Assembly: GCA_009602735.1 (NCBI GenBank)
Contig: WELA01001020.1
Span: 8,491 to 54,084, forward strand
Direction: 5' to 3'
Source of the DNA: Mesotaenium endlicherianum
Taxonomy: Eukaryota
Length of the DNA: 45,594 nucleotides
Shown here one piece after another: positions 10,889 through 20,843 of the stretch. Position numbers and translations under genes: made by a program. Below the pieces are notes generated by a model that was not told the DNA's origin, did no database searches, and saw only the letters and a program-made list of their open reading frames with translations. Every line of letters starts with the position of its first letter. The first letter of the stretch is position 1.

Positions 10889-11633
10889 TGAAATGAATCG
10901 ACTTACCACATAGGCGATTAACAATTAATAAAGATCTTTATATCAGCAAGTAATCTTTATGGTATTTCCGTTAACTAATTAAACGGCAAAGGACAATACA
11001 CTAGCAGGAAATAATACTCGTAAGTCAAATGCGAGTAAACTAGCATCAATGATGCAAATCAGTAAACTCATACATAAGCAAGGTTAGAAGACAGTGCGTA
11101 TCAATGGCTTCTCGCCTTGGATTCAGATCTCTCTCAGTAAGCTGTACAAGAGAGTTGGCCTCGTTTCCGAATGCCGAACTCGAGAGCAATGCCTAGCATA
11201 TGTACATGGAATGAGTTTACTGTTCAACGGTCAGTGCGATGGCACCGCCTACCCGGGAGTTAACCACGTTGGTAGGACCTCGGTTAACCAAATCCACCGC
11301 CATCTCCCATCATCCCGAATAGCCATCCATCATGGGGATGTCATCTGGCCATTCATCTAGCAGGTGGTACTTAGATGCATATCAAGGCAGTTCGCTGCTA
11401 CCGAGCACGGAAGTCAGCTGGCTGTCAAAGAATGTGTCAGCAAGCTGACTTAAGTTGACTTCAGCCTGCTGCTTTTGGCCGAGTCATTAAACTGATAATT
11501 ATGTAAAGTCCAGCAGACTGATTATTAACTAAAGTTCAGCAGACTGACTACTAACTAAAGTTCAGCAGGCTGAACTAAATTAACTATTATATTTAAATGA
11601 ATATTATATCTACTAATATACTGATTCATTACA
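10889..11633 (-). repeat. 3' LTR of the chromovirus
   Basis: tgaaatgaatcg...gattcattaca; about 8 substitutions versus 18986-19730 by manual comparison. Confidence 0.97.
11504..11584. repeat. Three ~26-bp tandem repeats in LTR U3 (also at 19601-19681)
   Basis: taaagtccagcagactgattattaac / taaagttcagcagactgactactaac / taaagttcagcaggctgaactaaattaac. Confidence 0.85.
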
Positions 11634-11648
11634 ATCCCTCCAACTTAA
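11634..11648 (-). promoter_or_regulatory. Polypurine tract (PPT)
   Basis: TTAAGTTGGAGGGAT on the - strand, immediately before the 3' LTR. Confidence 0.85.
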
Positions 11649-11741
11649 CTTGTTGTCGCCTCGACAACATTAAACTGCAAAAGCTTTAAATAAAGAAACT
11701 GACCCTGACCAGCCTCCCTTACTGACTATCTTTTTAGCCTG

Positions 11742-13430
11742 TCACCTTAAGGGGTGGTTCTTGGGGTTAGGATCAGGGGACGGAGATCTGGACCTAGATC
11801 TGGACAGCCCTCTAGGTCTGTCAGCTGGCCTTCTAAAGAACCCAGTTTGCTCTAAAGTTGGACCTCGAGGAGAACGAAGGATGGTAGCCTGCTCTTCAAC
11901 CACTTGGGTGTTGATGCCCAAATAGACAGGCATTCCAGTAGGATGCTGAAATACATTGGCTAGAGGTACATGCCCCTGAGCGGAGGGGGAGGCTGGCATA
12001 CCTCTGGCCCACCCGCGTGTCCCTCTTCTGGCACCCCTGTCCTCTGGGGATTTCTGTCTGTGTCTGCTGCCCAGTACCGTCAGATCAGCTTCTTCCCCTG
12101 CTTGGGCAGGTGGGCTGGGGGAGCGAGCGCGGGGTCCAGTTGTCGCCATAACGGGGATCACATTCCACACACCTGATCGTGGTTCTTTAGGAAGTGCCAC
12201 TGCCTGTCCCTGGGTATCCTGAGTACCTGCTGCTGATGCTTCTCCTCTGCCTTGTTCTTCTTCCTCATCCTCCTCATCCTCCTCCTCGGAGAGAGTAGGG
12301 GTCTCGTCCACTAAGTCGTCCTGCTCCCTAGTAGACATGGAGTAGTCTACCGACCTCCCTTTCTTAGGGCGCGCTGGAGGTTGCTTGGCCTTCAGCCTAC
12401 TGATATCTATCCGGCCTGCATTCTTTGCCCATTTGACAAAGGCATGCTTTCCCTTAGAGAAGTACTCTCTTCCTCTCCTCCTATGTTCCTTGGTCTCTGC
12501 ATTCATATTGCTCAGGCATCCATTCAGCCTGGGGTCCCAAGGGGCAATGTGAGGTGGTAGGATGAGATAGCCGTCTAGGCCATAGTGGAAGTCATCCGGT
12601 TGGGCTCGGTCACACTCCTGCTTCTTATTTGTGACGGTCATCCACCTCCAGTCTGTTGGCTGCTGGTAGTACTGGGGTCCGTGCTCAGCCTTCCTCAGTT
12701 TACACGGGAACCAGTGGGGAGAGAACATCTGCTGTCCTGCTTCCCTGGCCAAGTACTCCCAGCTCCTTCTCTCAACTTCATTGTAAGCTGGCAGGAGTGT
12801 GAGGTAGAATACCGTATCCTTAAAGCTATCGGGCCGCATGCTCACCATCCGGATGAGTCTCTGATCTCCCACTATTCCCGGTATGGGGACCGGCTTGTCC
12901 TCTGAATCATCTGCGAGATACCGGGCCTGCTCTGCTGTATAGCCCACCATCTTAGCATAATCTTCGTAAAGGACCACGCCGGTGTGTGTCTCGATGTACC
13001 TGTCCAGTGCTGTAGCTCCTTCCTTCTGTAGCAGTGTTGTCTGTTCCAGCCTGTTGATCTCCTGGGCTGCCAGCAATGCTTCCTTCAGGTTATCGAAGTT
13101 TTGGCCACCCACCACAGTATACCTGTAAGTGGCCAAGCTCTTCTGTCTGTCCGCTTCAATCTTTTTTCTTTTCTCCTCTTCTGCCGCTGCCGCTTCTTCT
13201 TGCTGTTTCTTCTGTCTCTCCTCCTCAGCCTTCCTGAGGTTTTCCGCTTCCTGATCCTTCTTCCTCTGTGCCTCTTCTGCCGCCTCTTGTTGTTTGCGGA
13301 CCCTTTCTTGTTCTCTCCTGGTGAGGGACGTCGCCGCCAGCTCCTTCTGGTATTGCTCCATTGTCCTCCTGGCTTCTTCTGCCTTGCGCTTTCTGTCCTC
13401 CTTTTGTGTGGTGGGCGCCATCCTGCACAT
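11742..13430 (-). CDS. Extra sense ORF (~560 aa) between pol and the 3' LTR; unknown function
   Basis: Uninterrupted ORF (first ATG at 13430). It has an N-terminal E/K/Q/R coiled coil, a central aromatic-rich globular region, an acidic tract and an SR-rich C-terminus. No obvious signal peptide or TM segment. Confidence 0.8.
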   Translation of the reverse strand: MCRMAPTTQKEDRKRKAEEARRTMEQYQKELAATSLTRREQERVRKQQEAAEEAQRKKDQEAENLRKAEEERQKKQQEEAAAAEEEKRKKIEADRQKSLATYRYTVVGGQNFDNLKEALLAAQEINRLEQTTLLQKEGATALDRYIETHTGVVLYEDYAKMVGYTAEQARYLADDSEDKPVPIPGIVGDQRLIRMVSMRPDSFKDTVFYLTLLPAYNEVERRSWEYLAREAGQQMFSPHWFPCKLRKAEHGPQYYQQPTDWRWMTVTNKKQECDRAQPDDFHYGLDGYLILPPHIAPWDPRLNGCLSNMNAETKEHRRRGREYFSKGKHAFVKWAKNAGRIDISRLKAKQPPARPKKGRSVDYSMSTREQDDLVDETPTLSEEEDEEDEEEEQGRGEASAAGTQDTQGQAVALPKEPRSGVWNVIPVMATTGPRARSPSPPAQAGEEADLTVLGSRHRQKSPEDRGARRGTRGWARGMPASPSAQGHVPLANVFQHPTGMPVYLGINTQVVEEQATILRSPRGPTLEQTGFFRRPADRPRGLSRSRSRSPSPDPNPKNHPLR

Positions 13431-13688
13431 GTAACCAGGGCACAAGTTAGTAGGATATGGACCTTTGTCATAGGGATTGCAGGAAGTATGTTAGTATTTA
13501 GTATAGTGGCTTCGCTGCTGTTTACCTTACAGGATGATTGCTAAAAGTTGACGTAGTTGCGATGCGCTACACATAAACGTATGAGTGTGTTTTTATCGCT
13601 CTCGCTCACTAACTGTCATATATTTTCCCCTCCAACTTAAATGGAGACAGGACCGCCTGTCACCTTCCCGTGTCAACTGAAATGACAG

Positions 13689-16600
13689 TTATGGAGGGAC
13701 TCCAGCGGCCCGAAGGTGGAACCGTGTCAACGCCCCTTTGGCATTGGTCAAGTGGTCCTTAAACTCCCAAGTGTCCCCAGAGGCATCGTAACCCTTCCAT
13801 CGAATGAGGTATTTCATGACATATTTAGACGATCGACGGACCGAGCGAGCGTCTAAAATCTCATCGACCTCATATTCCTCAGGGTCGCCGTCCCGGACAG
13901 CGGGGACCGGTCCCGGTTGGACAGGGAACCGACCTGTGAACAGTGTATCACCTTTGATGTACGGTTCCAGGAAGGAGACATTAAAGACCGGGTGCCCCTT
14001 GTATTCAGCTGACATGTTCAGTTTGTAAGCATTCTGACCGACACGACGGACCACCGAATATGGACCGACCCAGACAGGGCCAAGCTTTTTCTTGACCACA
14101 CCAGGGAGGTACAGGTGCTGAGAATGCAGTTTGACTAAATCCCCCTTGGAAAATGTCAGTTCCCGACGGTGTTGATTAGCGTATTTTTGTTGGTTTTCTT
14201 GGGCCGTGTGCAAGTTTCGTTGGACTTCTGACAGGGTGTCAGCAAACTCCTGAGTTAACTGGAGGGAGACCGGGTTGTCAATCCCTTCAGGGTGAGTTAA
14301 AGATTCCCCTAGCACATCTAGAGGAGACTTAGGGACTCTACCCAGGCTGAGTTCAAAAGGAGTTTTGCCCGTTGACGCGTGCACCGCACTGTTGACCGCA
14401 AACTGAATTTGAGGCAACAGGTCATCCCAATTATCTTGTTTTTGGTTAATATATGCTCTCAGCACCTCCTGCAGAACTCGGTTAGTTCTTTCAGTCTGCC
14501 CATCAGTCTGAGGGTGGTTTGCTGTGCTGAGCAGCTGTTTGACTCCCATTAACCCCATTAAAGCTCTCCAGAACTTAGAGGTGAATTTTGAGTCTCTGTC
14601 TGAGATGATATTAGAAGGGAGCCCATGTTGGCATACTACATGGTTGTAAAACTGTCTCGCTGTTTCGAGTGCAGTCACTTTGACAGTTGTGGGGATAAAA
14701 ATGACCATTTTTGTCAGTTTATCCACGACTACCAGTATTGAATCATGCCCGTTGGCAGTTCTTGGTAGTGAGACCACCCAGTCCATGGATATAGTTTCCC
14801 AGCGTCCCGCTGGGATGGGTAGCGGTTGCAAGAGACCTCCGGGTGGTGTGTGCCGAGACTTATTTCTCTGACACTGGTCACAGGACTTGACATATTTCAA
14901 GACCTCCCGGGGTAACCCCTCCCAATGATAATGTTTTGCCAGTTTGCCAACAGTTTTGGCCTGCCCCAAATGTCCACCCAGGAGACTGTCATGAGCTTGA
15001 CTCAGTAAGAGAGACCTTATTTCCAAATTATTAGGAATGACCAGCTTCAGCCTGCCTGAAGTGGTTTCAGTCACCCAGACCCCTCCCTTGAGCTTATACC
15101 CGAGTGCGGTAGCACGACACATACCAGTAGTGGGGCTGGGCTCAAATGTTGGGTCAGAAAGGTAGGCTTTCCTAAGTTGTTCAAGGAAGGACTTTTTCAC
15201 CTTTAGTGAAGTGAGTGCACACAGGACTTTATCTACAGTATGCTGACTAAAGTTCCTTTCTTGCAAGTCAGGTCTTCTAGAGAGTGCATCAGCAGGATTC
15301 AACTTCCCTGGTTTGTAGTCGATCTGGACTTGGAACTGCTCCAGCATCTGGCTCCAGCGGTTCTCCCTCCTCGACAGCTTGGACTTCTTCTGAAAGTGGG
15401 TCAGAGCTAGATGATCTGTAATCACCTTAAAAGCTTTACCATGTAAGTATGCTCTCCACTGTTTGAGTACATGAATGATAGCTAGCAGCTCTTTATCATG
15501 CACTGAGTAATTAATCTCCGCTGGATTAAATTTCATAGACTCATACAACACAGGATGCCACTCCTGCCGTACCTTACCATCCTTTGTGGTTTTGTCAGCA
15601 GGCTGCAACAAAATAGCACCCATGGCAAAATCAGAGGCATCAGTAACCACCTGCACCGGTTTGCTGGGGTCATACACGGCTAGCACTGGGGCAGAACAAA
15701 GGGCATCTTTAAGGGTCTGGAAGGCAGCCTGCTGCTCTTCCCCCCACACATACCCGATGTCTTTCTTAGTAAGGTCAGTCAGTTTACTGGCCTTTGTGGA
15801 ATAATTCTCAATAAATCTCCTATAGTAGTTAGCCAACCCGAGGAAGGATCTAACTTCAGAGACAGACTGTGGTACTGGCCAGTCCCTTATGGTCTGGACT
15901 TTCTTAGGATCCACACTGATGCCCTCTTTACTGACAACGTGGCCTAAGAATTCAATACTTTCCTTAAAGAAATCACACTTGCTCATTTTAGCATACAAGT
16001 GATTTTTCCGCAGAGTGTCCAGCACTTTCTTTAAGTGTTCAGTGTGCTGAGCTTCATCTTTAGAGAAAATTAAAATATCATCCAGGAAAACTTGCACAAA
16101 CTTATCCAAATAAGGTCTGAAAATGTCATTCATAGCACCCATAAAGGTAGCAGGAGCATTAGTCAGTCCAAATGGCATCACGTTGAACTCATAGTGTCCA
16201 TAACGTGTGCGGAAAGCAGTCTTGTGTTCATCCCCCTCAGCAATTCTGATTTGATGATAACCACTCTTGAGATCTATCTTACTGAACACCTTAGCGCCAG
16301 ACAGGGTATCAAGCAAGTCCTCGATTCTGGGTAAAGCATACTTGTTCTTTACTGTAATTCTGTTCAGGGCTCTGTAATCCACACACATCCGCATACTGCC
16401 ATCCTTTTTCTTAACAAATAGGATAGGTGCGCCGTACGGTGATTTACTGGGAGAAATGTAACCATTTTCCTCCAGCTCTGCAATCTGTGTTTTCAACTCC
16501 TCACTCTCCAAATAAGACAAGCCATACGTGCGTTGCCAGGGTGGCTGGCTACCAGGTAATAAATCAATCCTATGATCTACTTCCCGCTTAGGGGGTAGTC

Positions 16601-17498
16601 CTGGAGGCATATTAAACACATCCGTGTACTGAGCAACAATGTTTGCAGCAGTAGGGTGTTCCGGAGGGTGTACCTTTTTCTCAACCACTTCTTCAGGTTG
16701 AGGAGGTACCTCTCTTAGCAGCAGACAGAACATTCTGTCTTCCTTCTGGTTCCAGCTTTTGACGAACTCCATTGCATTCAGCAACTTGCATCCTTCTGGA
16801 AGCCTCTTCTTTTCCTTCATTTGCCATCCACACAGGACAAGAGGAAGAGCACTGGTGGGTGCCAAGTCAGTCTGCCCATCACTGGCTCCTCTCACTTTAA
16901 CTGTACCTCTGCTCCAACACACTTCAGCTTGATGTCTATTAAGCCAGGACCTGCCTAGCACGAGATCATAAAAGCCAGTGTTGAGTACCTCAAATGTAAG
17001 CGTTTCAGTTAGAACTGCAATGCCAGAACCTAACTGGACCTCAATAGGCTTGGTTATAACTCCTCCCGGGATACTTGAGGCATCTCCAAGGAATATTTTT
17101 CTATTCCCTTGGGTGACAGTAGGCAGCCTTAGCCGCTTAACTAAGTCCTTGTGGATAAAAGTATGTGACGCCCCTCCGTCAACAAATGCCCTCACCTTCC
17201 TACCTGCAATCATGCAATGCAGTAGGATAGGGGGGACTGTCTTTTCCTGACTTTCGCATTGTTCTCCTGACGTAGCAAAGAAATGTTGGACATCAGGTGG
17301 AACAAGAGCATCCAGAGTGTGCACTCTCTGGACGTCTATATTGCTGATGGTCTCCTTTATCTGGTTGTCAGGCATGCATAGTGAATCCAGTTCAGCAGGA
17401 CCCATAATACCTGCTACGAGGGCAGCTAGTGACGACTCACTATCTCTAGCATCCTCACAGTCAGTAGACTGGATTACTGACTGTTGCTGTCTTTTAAA
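13689..17498 (-). CDS. pol: Chromovirus Pol: protease-RT-RNase H-integrase-chromodomain (probably made by -1 frameshift from gag)
   Basis: FVDGGAS (PR); [26 protein letters not shown] (RT); TDASD (RH); H..H..C..C, MDW/SDRD/TERTN and WVGPY (IN); YEVDEILD...YLIRWKGY...DTWE (chromodomain). The frame is open from just after the TAA near 17520. Confidence 0.97.
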   Translation of the reverse strand, partial: FKRQQQSVIQSTDCEDARDSESSLAALVAGIMGPAELDSLCMPDNQIKETISNIDVQRVHTLDALVPPDVQHFFATSGEQCESQEKTVPPILLHCMIAGRKVRAFVDGGASHTFIHKDLVKRLRLPTVTQGNRKIFLGDASSIPGGVITKPIEVQLGSGIAVLTETLTFEVLNTGFYDLVLGRSWLNRHQAEVCWSRGTVKVRGASDGQTDLAPTSALPLVLCGWQMKEKKRLPEGCKLLNAMEFVKSWNQKEDRMFCLLLREVPPQPEEVVEKKVHPPEHPTAANIVAQYTDVFNMPPGLPPKREVDHRIDLLPGSQPPWQRTYGLSYLESEELKTQIAELEENGYISPSKSPYGAPILFVKKKDGSMRMCVDYRALNRITVKNKYALPRIEDLLDTLSGAKVFSKIDLKSGYHQIRIAEGDEHKTAFRTRYGHYEFNVMPFGLTNAPATFMGAMNDIFRPYLDKFVQVFLDDILIFSKDEAQHTEHLKKVLDTLRKNHLYAKMSKCDFFKESIEFLGHVVSKEGISVDPKKVQTIRDWPVPQSVSEVRSFLGLANYYRRFIENYSTKASKLTDLTKKDIGYVWGEEQQAAFQTLKDALCSAPVLAVYDPSKPVQVVTDASDFAMGAILLQPADKTTKDGKVRQEWHPVLYESMKFNPAEINYSVHDKELLAIIHVLKQWRAYLHGKAFKVITDHLALTHFQKKSKLSRRENRWSQMLEQFQVQIDYKPGKLNPADALSRRPDLQERNFSQHTVDKVLCALTSLKVKKSFLEQLRKAYLSDPTFEPSPTTGMCRATALGYKLKGGVWVTETTSGRLKLVIPNNLEIRSLLLSQAHDSLLGGHLGQAKTVGKLAKHYHWEGLPREVLKYVKSCDQCQRNKSRHTPPGGLLQPLPIPAGRWETISMDWVVSLPRTANGHDSILVVVDKLTKMVIFIPTTVKVTALETARQFYNHVVCQHGLPSNIISDRDSKFTSKFWRALMGLMGVKQLLSTANHPQTDGQTERTNRVLQEVLRAYINQKQDNWDDLLPQIQFAVNSAVHASTGKTPFELSLGRVPKSPLDVLGESLTHPEGIDNPVSLQLTQEFADTLSEVQRNLHTAQENQQKYANQHRRELTFSKGDLVKLHSQHLYLPGVVKKKLGPVWVGPYSVVRRVGQNAYKLNMSAEYKGHPVFNVSFLEPYIKGDTLFTGRFPVQPGPVPAVRDGDPEEYEVDEILDARSVRRSSKYVMKYLIRWKGYDASGDTWEFKDHLTNAKGALTRFHLRAAGVPP
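17457..17498 (-). promoter_or_regulatory. Candidate -1 programmed ribosomal frameshift signal (U UUA AAA, 7-nt spacer, 10-bp hairpin)
   Basis: Heptamer TTTAAAA (17498-17492) sits in the gag frame as X XXY YYZ. The stem is ACAGTCAGTA/TACTGACTGT (17484-17475 with 17466-17457) with an 8-nt loop. Pol is in the -1 frame. Confidence 0.8.
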
Positions 17499-18951
17499 GG
17501 CTGGTCTTTTCTCTCGACCTTAGGCAGGTGCTTGACCGGACACTGTTCTCTGTAGTGGCCTTTCTGCTGACAATGGTAGCAAGTAGATTTTGCTGAGGCT
17601 GGTCTCGGCTTAGTCCTACCACCACCCCTTCCATAGCCACCTCGAGAGGGACCACCTCTACCTCTAGACTGAATAGCATTGTACTCATACTCATATTCAT
17701 CACCCTGATTATCCTCAGCCTGGTCTCCTTCAACTGCATTGTAGGAACCGTGGGGCTTTTTGACAATCTTAGACACCAAAGCGTTACTCTGGCGCTTGTG
17801 ATTGAACTGCTGCTGATCCCAGGCGTCAGCATCCTGGATCAAGTCAGCCAGTTTCTCATACTTTTTCTCAGCAAAATGACCAGAGACCTCGGATTTCAAG
17901 CCATACCTGAAGTATGCTATCCTATACCGTTCTGGCAAATCAGGCTGCTTCATCATGTTCTCTTGGAACTTTTGAGCAAACTCAGCAACTGAAGTGGTCT
18001 GCTTCAGTGTCAGGGAGATCATCGCATAGATAGCTTTCTCCTGCTGGTTGATGACATCAAACTTCTCATGCAACTTCTCGACAAACTCTACCCACGTAGG
18101 GTCACCGAGTTGCCGAGCCTTACGCTCTTCCTTCCAGTAAAGCCACCAGTCTGCGGCACTGCCTTTCAGTAGCGCACCGGTGTGCCTGACCTTCTCGTAA
18201 TCTTGCAGTTCTGGGTAGTTCTCCAGCCACTGCTCAACATCCGCGAGAAACTTGATCAGGTAATATTTTCTGTTTCCCTCAGGATCATAGTCCTGGGGAG
18301 GTTTCGGTTTGGGCTTACTAGGCCCTCGGCCACCACCACTAGTGGTGTGAGACCCCAGTTGGTCTCTGTCCCGGAGTAGGGACATTATGATTCTTTTGTC
18401 CTCCTGCTGGGACTGATACATGGTCGCCATTTGCGACTGCATCTGAACGAACAATGCTCCAAGTCTACATTTTGGGGTGGTAGATTAGCAAATGCAGCAG
18501 CAGCATTGGCATCTACTCGCTGAGTAGTGTCCTCAACAATCCCTCTTGCTCCTGCAGCAGCAATTCCTGCCGCATTCAGCCGGTCACGTATTTGACCTAG
18601 GGGTACATTGAGTTGTACGGCAGGAGGTGGGTTCAGAACATTGGCCCTTGATGCCATAAGTTCTTCAACAGTGCGCTCGTCAGCTGGCTGTCCTTCCCTC
18701 CTTTGTATATCTTCAGCGGCCTTTGCTACTTGTTCAGCTTCTAGTCTGGCTATCTCCTCCTCAGCTTGCTGAGCTGCGACTGAGGCAATAGCAGTTGCCT
18801 CATCTGCTGCCTCCCTAGCTGCAGTATCCGCTACTGCTTCCGAATAGGTACGGTTTCCCGCTACATGGCTTTCCGCCTGGTTTTCGACATTCTCGTTATC
18901 CTGGTTCTCCATGTCTCGGGAGTTGCTAGTTTGAGACCTTGTCCTTACCAT
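17474..18951 (-). CDS. gag: Chromovirus Gag (capsid plus CCHC knuckle), split by a frameshift near 18460
   Basis: MVRTRSQ start just after the [12 protein letters not shown]...[43 protein letters not shown]. ORFs 18385-18951 and 17474-18454 overlap in different frames. Confidence 0.9.
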
Positions 18952-18972
18952 ACAAAGAAGACTGTGATAACT

Positions 18973-18984
18973 GCTCCGATACCA
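18973..18984 (-). promoter_or_regulatory. Primer-binding site (initiator tRNA-Met type)
   Basis: TGGTATCGGAGC on the - strand, 1 nt from the 5' LTR; one mismatch to the common plant TGGTATCAGAGC. Confidence 0.92.
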
Positions 18985-18985
18985 C

Positions 18986-19730
18986 TGAAATGAATCGACT
19001 TACCAAATAGGCGATTAACGATTACTAAAGATCTTTATATCAGCAAGTAATCTTTATGGTGTTTCCGTTAACTAATTAAACGGCAAAGGACAATACACTA
19101 GCAGGGAATACTACTCGTAAGTCAAATGCGAGTAAACTAGCATCAATGATGCAAATCAGTAAACTCATACATAAGCAAGGTTAGAAGACAGTGCGTATCA
19201 ATGGCTTCTCGCCTTGGATTCAGATCTCTCTCAGTAAGCTGTACAAGAGAGTTGGCCTCGTTTCCGAATGCCGAACTCGAGAGCAATGCCTAGCATATGT
19301 ACATGGAATGAGTTTACTGTTCAACGGTCAGTGCGATGGCACCGCCTACCCGGGAGTTAACCACGTTGGTAGGACCTCGGTTAACCAAATCCACCGCCAT
19401 CTCCCATCATCCCGAATAGCCATCCATCATGGGGATGTCATCTGGCCATTCATCTAGCAGGTGGTACTTAGATGCATATCAAGGCAGTTCGCTGCTACCG
19501 AGCACGGAAGTCAGCTGGCTGTCAAAGAATGTGTCAGCAAGCTGACTTAAGTTGACTTCAGCCTGCTGCTTTTGGCCGAGTCATTAAACTGATAATTATG
19601 TAAAGTCCAGCAGATTGATTATTAACTAAAGTTCAGCAGACTGACTACTAACTAAAGTTCAGCAGGCTGAACTAAATTAACTATTATATTTAAATGAATA
19701 ATATATCTACTAATATACTGATTCATTACA
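18986..19730 (-). repeat. 5' LTR of the chromovirus
   Basis: 745 bp, TG...CA, adjacent to the PBS. Confidence 0.97.
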
Positions 19731-20843
19731 GTAAAGCACTGATCAATCGGCTATCTAAGCCAAGTACAGCAGGGATGTTGCAGAGGCGTTGTGTGCCACC
19801 TCGACCAAGACCCTCGAGTGACTAGTCATGGCTTGAGCGTTCATCTCAAACGCCGCCAGCCGCCAGCCAAATAGGTGTGATTGCCAATTGAAAGGCTAAG
19901 CAGTCACGCGCGACAGTCACAAGGCGTGCATGCATATTGAGGGACAACTTCTAAAGCTGTTTGAGGGCTGCTAGGGAAGGACGGCATGCAAGCTAGGCGT
20001 TGTGACTAAGCACTGGCATTCTCGAGAGAGGATAATGTGTGGTGCCTGCAAAAGGCACGAGTCCTGCTTGAAGCTGCCTCATTCTTGCTCGCATCGTTGT
20101 CAAGGAAGCAGAAGGAGCAGGTGCAGAAGGAGCGCGAAGAAGAAGGAGTTCCCAAGGCCACAGAAGAGCCGAGACGCCACGCTTCTGCCGACGCTGGAAG
20201 ATTTCTTCTCAGTGTATCATAGAAAGGTTAGACCTTTGGAGTTTCCAAGAGGGGATCTCGCTGGTAGAAAGTAGAGAGCTACAGAATAGAATTTGTCAGG
20301 AGATTAGCATAGATTTGGGTCAAACACCACAAGCATGCGAAAGTCACTTAAAATGGTGAGTGCTGTGTTAGTTTCCAAGTTCTCAGAAGTCCCAATTGTC
20401 GAATTGCTGATAGCAAGAATAGTATTAACAAGTAAAGCTCTCAATGAAGAGCTGAGTGAGCCCAGCCAAGCAATGCAGAACTGTTAAGGCGCGTTGTTAA
20501 GCGAAGAGCTCAGACCAAGCCAGCATAGATGTGCAATTTCTAAGTTTTGTAAGCTGTGACTTTGTGAAAGTTAAGCAAAAGCCTTGAAGGGCGATTTTCT
20601 TTGAATTTGGCATTGCCTGTTAAGCTGTTTAGACGTGATTTCTGCAAAGTACAAACTTGTTCATTTTGTAAACCCTCAACTTGGGCAAAAGCCTGTGTGG
20701 AAGTAAGACGCTTCTCTCCTACTTTTGAGAACCTTAGTTGATTGGTTCAGGTGAACAAGAATTCCCAAGCTAGTTGGGGATTGAGGCCTGTGAAGGCTGC
20801 CAGTGTTCAACCTAGAAGGGGACTCGGAGAAATTCAACTGTAT

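Larger units (their letters stand above)
10889..19730 (-). mobile_element. Full-length Ty3/gypsy chromovirus LTR retrotransposon (8842 bp)
   Basis: Two 745-bp TG...CA LTRs, flanks GTAAG (10884-10888) and GTAAA (19731-19735) as an imperfect 5-bp TSD, PBS, PPT, gag, and pol with a chromodomain. Confidence 0.97.

Noticed and set aside
11094..11360. Identical 88-aa ORF in both LTRs (also 19191-19457)
   Set aside because: Antisense, GTG-started and motif-free; the identity simply reflects LTR duplication.
11504..11584. 26-bp repeats as a CRISPR-like array
   Set aside because: Contiguous tandem units without spacers, inside a eukaryotic LTR.
11742..13430. Extra ORF as an envelope gene
   Set aside because: No signal peptide or hydrophobic TM segment; highly charged.
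20743..20755. TGGTTCAGGTGA as PBS of the DNMT element
   Set aside because: Not preceded by an LTR-terminal CA and not a tRNA 3' complement that I recognise.
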